Virus record (IMG/VR): IMGVR_UViG_3300022178_004106 | Coordinates: 1-39,516 of that record | Origin: a virus | Lineage: Duplodnaviria > Caudoviricetes | Length of the DNA: 39,516 nt | Direction: 5' to 3' (one strand) | Shown: positions 1 through 8,225 of the stretch, one piece after another | How the letters are laid out: the number at the start of each line of letters is the position of its first letter | Position numbering within the stretch: the first letter of the stretch is position 1 | Translations under genes and position numbers: made by a program | The notes under the pieces: generated by a model | What the model was told of the DNA's origin: nothing | The model's input: only the letters and a program-made list of their open reading frames with translations | Databases searched by the model: none

Positions 1-426
1 GCCATAGATATTAACAGGGGCGATATAAAGATTCCAGAGCACAAGCTCAATGCTATACGTAACAACCCTAAAGATCAAAAAATGGTTGCCCTGTTTTTCA
101 ACAGTATGTTTTCTAGTTACGACATAACACCTGCCGACGAAAATAACTTTGCGTATCAATTACCTGATAACTCAGAGCCATACAATATTGATCTACTCAA
201 TATATATTTATTAGGCATAATGAAAGAACATCTAACAGAAAAGCAATATGAGGTAGTAAGATTATTCTACGGTTTAGACTGTAAAAAACATTCTGCCAAG
301 GAGATTGCAAAGCACATAAGTCTCACAGTTCCAACGGCTAATGTTATTGTGTCTCAAATAAAGAAGGAAGCAATCGACCATCTAATCGCTAACGTCGATG
401 CAGCGCAAGTGATTGATTACCTTTAA
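1..426 (+). CDS. Phage-encoded sigma70-like factor, 5'-truncated by the window edge
   Basis: Frame is open from base 1 (AIDINRGDIKIPEHKL, like sigma region 2.4/3.0 RAIADQARTIRIPVH). C-terminus LTEKQYEVVRLFYGLD..SAKEIAKHI..VSQIKKEAI matches the region 4 HTH. Confidence 0.8.
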   Translation, partial: AIDINRGDIKIPEHKLNAIRNNPKDQKMVALFFNSMFSSYDITPADENNFAYQLPDNSEPYNIDLLNIYLLGIMKEHLTEKQYEVVRLFYGLDCKKHSAKEIAKHISLTVPTANVIVSQIKKEAIDHLIANVDAAQVIDYL

Positions 427-440
427 GTTATGCTCAAAAT

Positions 441-451
441 ACGTAATTATA
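441..451 (+). promoter_or_regulatory. Candidate phage promoter element ACGTAATTATA
   Basis: Intergenic, ending 26 nt before the ERF ATG. A 10/11 match lies at 22591-22601 (- strand), 27 nt before another start. Confidence 0.35.
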
Positions 452-476
452 TTAATAACAAATACAAGTAAAGCAA

Positions 477-1061
477 ATGAAAAAAGAACAAACAGGAAAT
501 CTACAATTGAAATTAGCCATGATCCAAAAGGATATGAAAGCTAAAAAATCCAGGTACAACGGCTTTGGTAAATATTACTATCGAGCAGCTGAAGATATAC
601 TTGAAGCGGTTAAACCATTTTGTGTTCAACATAATGTGACCGTAACAATAGACGAGGAGATGATTAGCATTGACCCACCTATTATAAGGTCAACAGCAAG
701 TATACTAGATGCCGAGTCTGACTCTGCTATACGTACTTCTGCGATCGTTGGCGTTGATCTACTATCTAAGGGAATGTCTATGCCACAAAAATACGGTGCA
801 GCTTCTAGTTATGGTAAAAAGTATGCCTTAGGTAACTTATTCCTTATCGATGATACAGCAGACGCAGATGCATCTAATGATCACTCGGGTAAGACTGAAA
901 AAGTTACACTAACATCCAAGAAAGACCCTTTATATGCTAAAGCGCTTAAGTTTGTTGAAGGCGGAGGCGATGTAAAAGCTATAACGACTAAGTACAGCGT
1001 TTCTAAGGAAATACAAAAAGAGCTAGAAGCAGCTAAACCTATGAAAAGTGAAACACTATAA
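477..1061 (+). CDS. erf: ERF-family ssDNA annealing recombinase
   Basis: YYYRAAEDILEAVKP and QKYGAASSYGKKYAL..DDTADAD ERF signature; adjacent to an exonuclease. Confidence 0.8.
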   Translation: MKKEQTGNLQLKLAMIQKDMKAKKSRYNGFGKYYYRAAEDILEAVKPFCVQHNVTVTIDEEMISIDPPIIRSTASILDAESDSAIRTSAIVGVDLLSKGMSMPQKYGAASSYGKKYALGNLFLIDDTADADASNDHSGKTEKVTLTSKKDPLYAKALKFVEGGGDVKAITTKYSVSKEIQKELEAAKPMKSETL

Positions 1062-1813
1062 TGACAGAAACCGAACAAAGTAAAGTAGTAGAACTACTTA
1101 GAATTGATGAGGAATATTATAGCGGAGTAGGTAGGCAATATAGATCTAACTCAGATATATATAAGCTACTTAATGACCCGGAACAGTTTGGAAAGCCGGT
1201 TGAGCAGAATATCAATTTCATTATTGGCGGTTATGTTCACACGGCTATTCTCGAGCCGGATAAACTAGAAGCTAATTATCCTATATCAGAAGGATCAACC
1301 AGGTTAACTAAAATATATAAAGCCGATGTTGCAGCTAACGACGGCAAGATGATGATACTGCGTAAAGAAGTCGATAAGTGTAACCTAATGATTAACAAAA
1401 TTAAAAACAATTCAGTATGTCAATCTCTATTAACCGGTCAAGACGTTATATACGAAGAACCTGGAATCAAAAATATTAACGGAACCTGGTGGAAAGGTAA
1501 AGCCGATTGTATCAACAAAGATCAAGGGCTACTAGTAGATATAAAAACCACAGGAGATATAAACGGATTCAGGAAAAGCGCTAATACATACAACTATGAC
1601 AGTCAAGCGTACATATATAGACGCATATTTGGGCACGAATTAGTTTTCCTTGTAATATGTAAGAAGACACATCAAATAGGCATATATGATTGCTCTGATG
1701 AGTTCTACGAGAGAGGTGGCTACAAAGTTAAAATGGCAATGGAGCAGTATGAGAAGCTAATAGAAGATCCGCTGTTTGATATTAAAGATTATGTTAAAAC
1801 CGAGACATTATAA
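1061..1813 (+). CDS. PD-(D/E)xK exonuclease, RecE/exonuclease VIII-like
   Basis: SNSDI, GGYVHTAILEP, KGKADCI, VDIKTT, YDSQAYIY motifs; TAATG-coupled to ERF. Confidence 0.75.
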   Translation: MTETEQSKVVELLRIDEEYYSGVGRQYRSNSDIYKLLNDPEQFGKPVEQNINFIIGGYVHTAILEPDKLEANYPISEGSTRLTKIYKADVAANDGKMMILRKEVDKCNLMINKIKNNSVCQSLLTGQDVIYEEPGIKNINGTWWKGKADCINKDQGLLVDIKTTGDINGFRKSANTYNYDSQAYIYRRIFGHELVFLVICKKTHQIGIYDCSDEFYERGGYKVKMAMEQYEKLIEDPLFDIKDYVKTETL

Positions 1814-1884
1814 CTCTTACAGTCTGAACACGAATAAAAAATGATAATATGAATGTAAAACAATTAATAACTAAATTTAATCCA

Positions 1885-2049
1885 ATGAGAAAATCAAAAA
1901 GAACCTGCTCTGTAACAGGTATGAAAACTACAGCGAACAATTTTTACACTAACCAAACCCATGTAAAAGCCGTTGATAACATTCGACGAAACACGGGAGC
2001 AACGAAAGAACAATTAACTAACATGTTTAACCAATTACAAGCGTACTAA
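1885..2049 (+). CDS. Small hypothetical protein
   Basis: Fills the operon gap. The ATG at 1885 has an A-rich context; the track start at 1849 is an in-frame alternative. Confidence 0.6.
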   Translation: MRKSKRTCSVTGMKTTANNFYTNQTHVKAVDNIRRNTGATKEQLTNMFNQLQAY

Positions 2050-2051
2050 TT

Positions 2052-2363
2052 ATGGCAAGTATTATAAAAGCGAATATAGATCTAAATAAAATTCCAAAGG
2101 ATAAGATCTACAAAGGAAAGAAGGGTAGCTATTTACCAATAGTTATTACAATTAATGACGAACTAGACCAGTATAACAATCAAGGTCCTGTTATCGTGGA
2201 ACAAACTAAAGAAGAACGTGATGCGAAAGTTGACAAAGTTTATTTAGGAAACGTACAAGTTGTATGGAGTAACGGTACTAATGTAGACGCCGCACCAAGA
2301 GGTGACGGACAACAGCAAGCACCAGCACCGGCAGCAGCGGCAGATGACGATCTACCATTTTAA
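2052..2363 (+). CDS. ssb: Single-stranded DNA-binding protein
   Basis: Compact beta-rich core, Q/A/P linker and acidic DDDLPF C-terminal tip; located between recombinase and primase. Confidence 0.7.
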   Translation: MASIIKANIDLNKIPKDKIYKGKKGSYLPIVITINDELDQYNNQGPVIVEQTKEERDAKVDKVYLGNVQVVWSNGTNVDAAPRGDGQQQAPAPAAAADDDLPF

Positions 2364-2449
2364 TGGATCAATGCGAAATGTGCGGAGAGGTCATGACTAA
2401 GTGTGACTTTGATTATTGCGATATATGCCCCGAGTGCTTAGACGGATAA
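2363..2449 (+). CDS. 28-aa Cys-rich zinc-ribbon microprotein (not in ORF track)
   Basis: MDQCEMCGEVMTKCDFDYCDICPECLDG; start overlaps the SSB stop (TAATG); contains CxxC pairs. Confidence 0.6.
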   Translation: MDQCEMCGEVMTKCDFDYCDICPECLDG

Positions 2450-2473
2450 TAACAATTAAATTAAATAAAGACA

Positions 2474-4180
2474 ATGGAGATCAACGGATTTGCGATTGAC
2501 GAGTTCAATCAACATAAGCTTGAAGAAGGAAAGAAGCAGGGTATATGCCCTGTTTGTTCCCCTGATAGAAAACCTAAGAATGTAAAAGCAAAGTGTGCTT
2601 CTTACGATTGGGAACGTGGTCTCGGTACTTGTCATAACTGTAATAAATCATTTCAATTGCATACCTACAAACGTAAAGGCAAGGCTGAAAAAGTATATTC
2701 AAAGCCAGAACCTATTGCTATACGTGCTGAGCCCGGTATGAAAGTTGAAGATTGGTTTAAAACAAGGGGAATTTCCAAACAGACCCTCACTGACTTACGA
2801 GTTACTGAGGGGCCTGAATGGATGCCACAAACCAGCAAGACCGAGAATGTAATAAAGTTTAATTACTTCATGGGTGGTGAATTAACAAACATCAAGTACC
2901 GCGATGGAAGAAAAAACTTTAAATTATATAAGGGAGCTGAGAAAGTATTTTATAATATAGATGCAACAGTTGGATTTGAATACTGTGTAATAGTCGAAGG
3001 CGAAATGGATGTGTTAGCACTACACGAAGCCGGCATAACAAACGCTATATCAGTACCAAATGGAGCAACTCTTAACAACAACAACCTTGATTATCTTGAT
3101 AATTGTATTGATTATTTTGAAGACAAAGAGAAGATCATATTAGCTGTTGACACAGATGATGCTGGACTAGCTTTACAAACAGAATTAATAAGAAGACTAG
3201 GATCTGAAGTTTGTTTTATAACAACCTTTGAAGACTGTAAAGATGCTAATGAATATCTACAGAAGTATGGAAAAGAAAAACTATCAGAGCGTATTACGGG
3301 AGCAAACCCTGTACCAATGGAGAACGTTACGACGTTTAGGGATATCGAAGACGAAGTTACCGAGTTTGTACGCAATGGCTTTACTCCAGGATTTCAGGTT
3401 GGGCTTGAGGACTTTGATAATATCTTTTCAACTTATACCGGTCAATTTATTACTGTCACTGGTATTCCTTCTTCCGGCAAGAGTGATTTTGTGGACCAAA
3501 TGGTTGTGGGATATAACCAACGTTACAATTGGAAAACAGCGTACGCTTCGCCTGAAAATGTACCGACCTTTTTACACGCCCACAAGCTAATGCGTAAGCA
3601 TTGGCAAGGTATGCCTGAAAAAGAAGATATTGGAGGAGAGAAGTGGAATCAAATAGCAGATCACTGTAATGCAAATTACTTCCATATCGACATGGAAAGA
3701 TATTCTTTAGATTCAATCTTAAAGAAAGGAGCAGAGCTTGTTAAGCGCAAAGGTATTAAATGTTTGGTGATAGATCCATTCAACAAGGTAAGAGACATAA
3801 ATGCTGTAAGCGATGATGTCAATAGATATACCATGGATTATCTAACTAAGATAGAAGTCTTTGCTAAAAAGTATGACGTGCTTGTATTCGTTGTCGCTCA
3901 CCCTACCAAGATGTATAAGAATCAAAAGACAGGCGAAATTGAAGAGCCTACAATGTATTCTATTAAAGGAGGAGGAGAATGGTACGATGCTAGTTATCAC
4001 GGATTATTAGTGCATAGAAACTATGAGGCTAACACTGTTAAAGTAAAAGTACTTAAGTGTAAGTTTCAAAACCTCGGTACTAATGGGGCTGAATGCCACT
4101 TTACTTGGGATACAAAGAGTGGATGCTACCTCCCTCTAAGTAAACCCGAAGAAGAAAAAATGCCTTGGGAAAATGGCTAA
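2474..4180 (+). CDS. Primase-helicase (T7 gp4/Twinkle-like)
   Basis: Zn finger CPVC..CHNC, TOPRIM EGEMD and DTDDAG, Walker A GIPSSGKS, Walker B LVIDP, SF4 motif VVAHP. Confidence 0.9.
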   Translation: MEINGFAIDEFNQHKLEEGKKQGICPVCSPDRKPKNVKAKCASYDWERGLGTCHNCNKSFQLHTYKRKGKAEKVYSKPEPIAIRAEPGMKVEDWFKTRGISKQTLTDLRVTEGPEWMPQTSKTENVIKFNYFMGGELTNIKYRDGRKNFKLYKGAEKVFYNIDATVGFEYCVIVEGEMDVLALHEAGITNAISVPNGATLNNNNLDYLDNCIDYFEDKEKIILAVDTDDAGLALQTELIRRLGSEVCFITTFEDCKDANEYLQKYGKEKLSERITGANPVPMENVTTFRDIEDEVTEFVRNGFTPGFQVGLEDFDNIFSTYTGQFITVTGIPSSGKSDFVDQMVVGYNQRYNWKTAYASPENVPTFLHAHKLMRKHWQGMPEKEDIGGEKWNQIADHCNANYFHIDMERYSLDSILKKGAELVKRKGIKCLVIDPFNKVRDINAVSDDVNRYTMDYLTKIEVFAKKYDVLVFVVAHPTKMYKNQKTGEIEEPTMYSIKGGGEWYDASYHGLLVHRNYEANTVKVKVLKCKFQNLGTNGAECHFTWDTKSGCYLPLSKPEEEKMPWENG

Positions 4181-4427
4181 GAAAAAAGCAAGTATGATGG
4201 GAGCTCACATTCCCAGTGAAGAAGAAGAGCAGGCTAGACGCTGGTGTATTAATAACAATATAAGAATATCACCATCGGCTGTAGGCGCCGGTACCCCAAC
4301 AAGATGGGTGCTAGTGTTAGATTTAAACGGCAAGATAGTAAATGCTCCTGACCAAGTAAGCCGGACAGAAGTGTGGGTAAAAATGTACGAGTATTATATG
4401 TATTATTATAAAAAATCAAATCAATGA
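4173..4427 (+). CDS. Hypothetical protein
   Basis: 84-aa ORF overlapping both neighbours in the operon. Confidence 0.6.
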   Translation: MAKKKASMMGAHIPSEEEEQARRWCINNNIRISPSAVGAGTPTRWVLVLDLNGKIVNAPDQVSRTEVWVKMYEYYMYYYKKSNQ

Positions 4428-4696
4428 TGACTAAAAAACAAATGGATTCCGACGATGCAATGCTAATCGAACAATTAAAAATGAAAACAAAAGAAGTAAC
4501 ATTCAGAGATCCAATTATTGAAAAAGTATGCGATCAACTAGTAAGCAGATCCGATGTGGGATATAAAAAGTATGGTGTAACTTTAGACGAAGATTCGCCG
4601 GACTTACAGAAGTGGTTACAACACTTGCAAGAAGAATTACTAGACGCAGCTAACTACGTGGAAAAACTAAAAAGCATATTACCTAAGCATGATTAA
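4424..4696 (+). CDS. Small all-alpha NTP pyrophosphatase-like (MazG-superfamily) protein
   Basis: GYKKYG...WLQHLQEELLDAANY with an EExxD acidic metal-binding helix; directly upstream of the TS-like gene. Confidence 0.5.
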   Translation: MMTKKQMDSDDAMLIEQLKMKTKEVTFRDPIIEKVCDQLVSRSDVGYKKYGVTLDEDSPDLQKWLQHLQEELLDAANYVEKLKSILPKHD

Positions 4697-5513
4697 TATT
4701 GAGGACAAATACAGAGAGCTTATGGCAGAAGTACTCGACAGAGGAGTTGCTAAAGAAGATAGAACTGGAACTGGAACGAGATCTGTGTTCGGAAGAACAA
4801 TCAAGCATGATATGTCAATGGGCTTCCCTATACTTACAGGAAAGAAGATAAGCTTTAATGCTGCAAGAACTGAATTGCTGTGGATATTAAACGGCAGGAC
4901 AGATCTAAAGTATCTTGAAGACAATGGGGTTAAATACTGGAGACCAGATTATGAACGCTCAGGTAGAACAGATGAAACGTTAGGCCCAGTATATGGCAAG
5001 CAATGGCGTGATTTTAAAGGTGTAGACCAGCTTAAAAACCTTGTTCATGCTATACGTGCTAATCCTGACAGTCGTCGTATGATGGTTTCAGCTTGGAATC
5101 CTGCTGATATGCCGGATATGGTTTTACCTCCTTGTCATTATGCTTTTCAGGTTTATGTAAATGATGGCGTTATAGATCTAATGTGGCAACAAAGATCCGC
5201 TGATATTTTTCTTGGCCTGCCGTACGATATTGCAATGTATGGCTTACTCTTAGAGATGTTGGCCAAAGGCTCTGATTTGAAGCCTGGACAGCTAATAGGA
5301 CAGCTTGGAGACTGTCATTTGTACAACAATCATTTGGATCAAGCCAGAGAATACTTAAATAGGCCTAACAGAGCATTACCTAAGCTCGAATTAGAAAGAG
5401 GGCTAAGTTATAATCTACTAGGCGGATTAAATATCCCAGAAGATTTTGAAATTAAATTATTAATCTACAACCCTTACCCGGCAATAAAAGCGCCGCTGAG
5501 TGTTGGCAAATAA
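4689..5513 (+). CDS. thyA: Thymidylate synthase-family enzyme with Asn-to-Asp specificity change (candidate dCMP methylase/hydroxymethylase)
   Basis: DRTGTGT, ELLW, GPVYGKQWR, DSRR, LPPCH, QRSAD and HLYNNH are all present, but the sequence reads LGLPYDIAMY where canonical ThyA has LGLPFNIASY. Confidence 0.85.
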   Translation: MINIEDKYRELMAEVLDRGVAKEDRTGTGTRSVFGRTIKHDMSMGFPILTGKKISFNAARTELLWILNGRTDLKYLEDNGVKYWRPDYERSGRTDETLGPVYGKQWRDFKGVDQLKNLVHAIRANPDSRRMMVSAWNPADMPDMVLPPCHYAFQVYVNDGVIDLMWQQRSADIFLGLPYDIAMYGLLLEMLAKGSDLKPGQLIGQLGDCHLYNNHLDQAREYLNRPNRALPKLELERGLSYNLLGGLNIPEDFEIKLLIYNPYPAIKAPLSVGK

Positions 5514-5521
5514 AAATAAAT

Positions 5522-6343
5522 ATGTATTATATTTATCACATACCTAATAAAAAGATCGGAGTTACACGTGATCTTAATAAGAGGGTTACGAAGGAGCAAG
5601 GCTATACTTCAGACGAATACGAGGTTCTATTTACAAGCGAAGATATAAATTATATATCTGATATGGAGATAGAACTTCAAAAGTCTTATGGCTATAAAGC
5701 GGACTTCAATAGTTACAAAATATTATCTAATCAATTTAATAAAAAAAATAATAAAATGTCAATAAACATTACAGACCAAACAGTAACTTTTCCAGTAGGA
5801 AAAACGGATTTAAAAGAATACCTTGCTAAAAGCACAGGGTTAAAACTGTCTATAGATGGCTCTAAGGTAACTCTTAATCAAAAAGAGCAAGACTGGATAT
5901 TGAAAAATGCACGTACTTCACACTTTAGAAACTCAAGATCATACGTTTATAATAAAACGTTGTTATCATTCGTAGACGAGCTAAGGAAAGAAAAGCTGTT
6001 TAAAAAAGCTAAGGAGTCTAGTGCGGGTGACTTAGCAACTATATTTACTCCATCAAGTTTTGATCTGATACGCGAGTGGGCTGAAGAAAGAGGTATATAC
6101 AAATTAGGTGATTCTAAAACACAATACGTAAAGCTCATGGAAGAAGCTGGTGAATTAGCTAAAGCGCTTCTAACCAAGAATAATCGCGAGATAGTTGACT
6201 CTATTGGTGATATGGTTGTTGTATTAACTAATCTAGCCAAGTTAGAAGGGTATGATATAGAGCACTGTATTGATGCCGCTTACGACGAGATCAAGAATAG
6301 AAAAGGATCTATGACTAACGGAACGTTTGCAAAAACCCTGTAA
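5522..6343 (+). CDS. Fusion of N-terminal GIY-YIG-like domain and C-terminal MazG-like NTP pyrophosphohydrolase
   Basis: N-terminus YYIYHI..KKIGVTRDLNKR...E resembles GIY-YIG; C-terminus KLMEEAGEL..EIVDSIGDMVVVL..IKNRKG is a MazG-like motif. Confidence 0.7.
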   Translation: MYYIYHIPNKKIGVTRDLNKRVTKEQGYTSDEYEVLFTSEDINYISDMEIELQKSYGYKADFNSYKILSNQFNKKNNKMSINITDQTVTFPVGKTDLKEYLAKSTGLKLSIDGSKVTLNQKEQDWILKNARTSHFRNSRSYVYNKTLLSFVDELRKEKLFKKAKESSAGDLATIFTPSSFDLIREWAEERGIYKLGDSKTQYVKLMEEAGELAKALLTKNNREIVDSIGDMVVVLTNLAKLEGYDIEHCIDAAYDEIKNRKGSMTNGTFAKTL

Positions 6344-6344
6344 A

Positions 6345-6800
6345 ATGAAAAAGTTTAAAAAGAGCTCAAAGAAAAGAGGTCCAGTAAGAGCAAAGAAGGT
6401 ATCGTATGACGGTATCGACTTTGCCTCCGGGCTTGAGAAATATATGTGGGTTGCTTTAAAAAACGCAGGTATAAAATGCAAATACGAAGGTGAAACTTTT
6501 GTTTTATTAAATGGATTCCATTTTGATAACGAGGTTTATGAGAAACAAAGCAATGGCAAAGGGGATTTTAAAAACAGAGGTAACAAAAGAATATTACCTA
6601 TCAAGTATACTCCTGATTTTATTGGCGATGATTTCATAATAGAAACCAAAGGCAGAGCAAACGAATCATTTCCAATGCGATGGAAACTATTCAAGCAGTT
6701 AGTTGTTAGTCAGTTCCCTGGCATAACATTATATAAACCTTCAAACCAAGTTACATGCGACGAGACAGTTCGAATAATCCTAGAGAAGCGAAAGCACTAG
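6345..6800 (+). CDS. T7 endonuclease I-like Holliday junction resolvase
   Basis: FASGLE, YTPDF, IIETKG motifs. The ATG at 6345 is preferred over the TTG at 6327. Confidence 0.8.
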   Translation: MKKFKKSSKKRGPVRAKKVSYDGIDFASGLEKYMWVALKNAGIKCKYEGETFVLLNGFHFDNEVYEKQSNGKGDFKNRGNKRILPIKYTPDFIGDDFIIETKGRANESFPMRWKLFKQLVVSQFPGITLYKPSNQVTCDETVRIILEKRKH

Positions 6801-6925
6801 CGAGAAAAAAATACGTAGAACGCAAAATAGAAAAATGGTGGAAGTGGAGCTGGAATACAAGAGGCAAGATCAAGTATAAGGAATTAGTTAAACAACAAAA
6901 TAAACATAATATAAAATGTACATGA
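6755..6925 (+). CDS. 56-aa basic Trp-rich hypothetical protein (not in ORF track)
   Basis: MRRDSSNNPREAKALARKKYVERKIEKWWKWSWNTRGKIKYKELVKQQNKHNIKCT; its stop overlaps the next start (ATGA). Confidence 0.45.
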   Translation: MRRDSSNNPREAKALARKKYVERKIEKWWKWSWNTRGKIKYKELVKQQNKHNIKCT

Positions 6926-7074
6926 AAGAAGATGACAACAAGCCAGGATGGCTGCTAGAAATAGGTAGATACCCAGGAATATTATTTGGATTTAGATCGT
7001 ATGAAGAAAAAGATTTCGTAACTCACGTGCTATACGTGCCGTTTATCGACATAGCCTTTACAAAGTTTGTATGA
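6922..7074 (+). CDS. 50-aa hypothetical protein (not in ORF track)
   Basis: MKEDDNKPGWLLEIGRYPGILFGFRSYEEKDFVTHVLYVPFIDIAFTKFV; ATGA overlaps at both ends. Confidence 0.6.
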   Translation: MKEDDNKPGWLLEIGRYPGILFGFRSYEEKDFVTHVLYVPFIDIAFTKFV

Positions 7075-7256
7075 CAAACGACGAAATGAAAGTCCAGATG
7101 GAGACCATTAGTTTCTTTGTAGACGAAATACTTAGTGACTTTAATAGAGTCGATATGAGCGTTAAAAAAGCTGATATGCTAGCTCACATGGAATACTGGA
7201 GAGCAACATTACAAACAATTAAATACATGATGAAAGTAGATGGGATTACGAGATAA
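7071..7256 (+). CDS. Hypothetical protein
   Basis: 61-aa ORF coupled to its neighbours. Confidence 0.55.
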   Translation: MTNDEMKVQMETISFFVDEILSDFNRVDMSVKKADMLAHMEYWRATLQTIKYMMKVDGITR

Positions 7257-8208
7257 AAGAATACCTTACAAGCCGTTTGAATACCCTGAGTATTATACTG
7301 AGGGTTGGCTTAAACAAGCACAAGCATTTTGGTTACACACCGAAATATCGATGCAAAGTGATATTAAAGATTGGAACGAGAAGTTAGATGACAAAGAGAA
7401 AAACCTAGTGGGCAACATCCTGCTAGGCTTTGCTCAGACTGAATGCGCAGTATCTGACTATTGGACGCAGAATGTAGTAGGATGGTTTCCTAAATACGAA
7501 ATACAACAAATGGCTATGATGTTTGGATCTCAGGAGACTGTACATGCTGTAGCTTACAGTTACTTAAACGAAACGCTAGGACTAGAAGATTATGAAGCAT
7601 TTTTACATGAGCCTGCCACAGCCGATAGATTTGATAATTTGGTCGCTTATAGCGGTGATTCTAATATCGGTGTTGCGAAATCACTTGCGGTATTCAGCGC
7701 CTTCGCGGAAGGTGTTAGTTTATATTCTGCTTTTGCTGTCTTGTATTCTTTTCAGTTACGTAATTTACTTAAGGGAGTAGGGCAACAGATGAAGTGGTCA
7801 GTGAGAGATGAATCATTACACAGCAAGATGGGTTGTAAACTATTTCGCGATATGTGTGATGAAGACGATCAACTACTGCACTTATGTCGGGAAGACATAA
7901 TAGAAGCTGCCGAAATAATGGTTAAGCTGGAGACAAAGTATATAGATAAGATGTTTGAAATGGGTGACATTGAAGGTATATCCGCAAACGATCTTAAACA
8001 CTTTATAAAGAAAAGAACAAATGAAAAACTTGTGGAACTTGGTTACGTCGACCTGGGATCGTATTTTGCGTATGACCCCAATGCAGCGGGCAATCTTGAT
8101 TGGTTTTACCATCTTACCGGGGGCGTTACCCATACTGATTTTTTCGCGCTTAGGTCGACAGATTACTCGAAAGCAGGTGAGGGAGAAGACTTTGAAGACA
8201 TTTGGTAA
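7240..8208 (+). CDS. nrdB: Class I ribonucleotide reductase beta subunit
   Basis: Ferritin-like ligands E68, ETVH (E99/H102), FAEG, RDESLH; radical Tyr in HAVAY; C-terminal DFF..Y. Confidence 0.92.
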   Translation: MGLRDKRIPYKPFEYPEYYTEGWLKQAQAFWLHTEISMQSDIKDWNEKLDDKEKNLVGNILLGFAQTECAVSDYWTQNVVGWFPKYEIQQMAMMFGSQETVHAVAYSYLNETLGLEDYEAFLHEPATADRFDNLVAYSGDSNIGVAKSLAVFSAFAEGVSLYSAFAVLYSFQLRNLLKGVGQQMKWSVRDESLHSKMGCKLFRDMCDEDDQLLHLCREDIIEAAEIMVKLETKYIDKMFEMGDIEGISANDLKHFIKKRTNEKLVELGYVDLGSYFAYDPNAAGNLDWFYHLTGGVTHTDFFALRSTDYSKAGEGEDFEDIW

Positions 8209-8225
8209 ACTAAAAAATAAATAAA

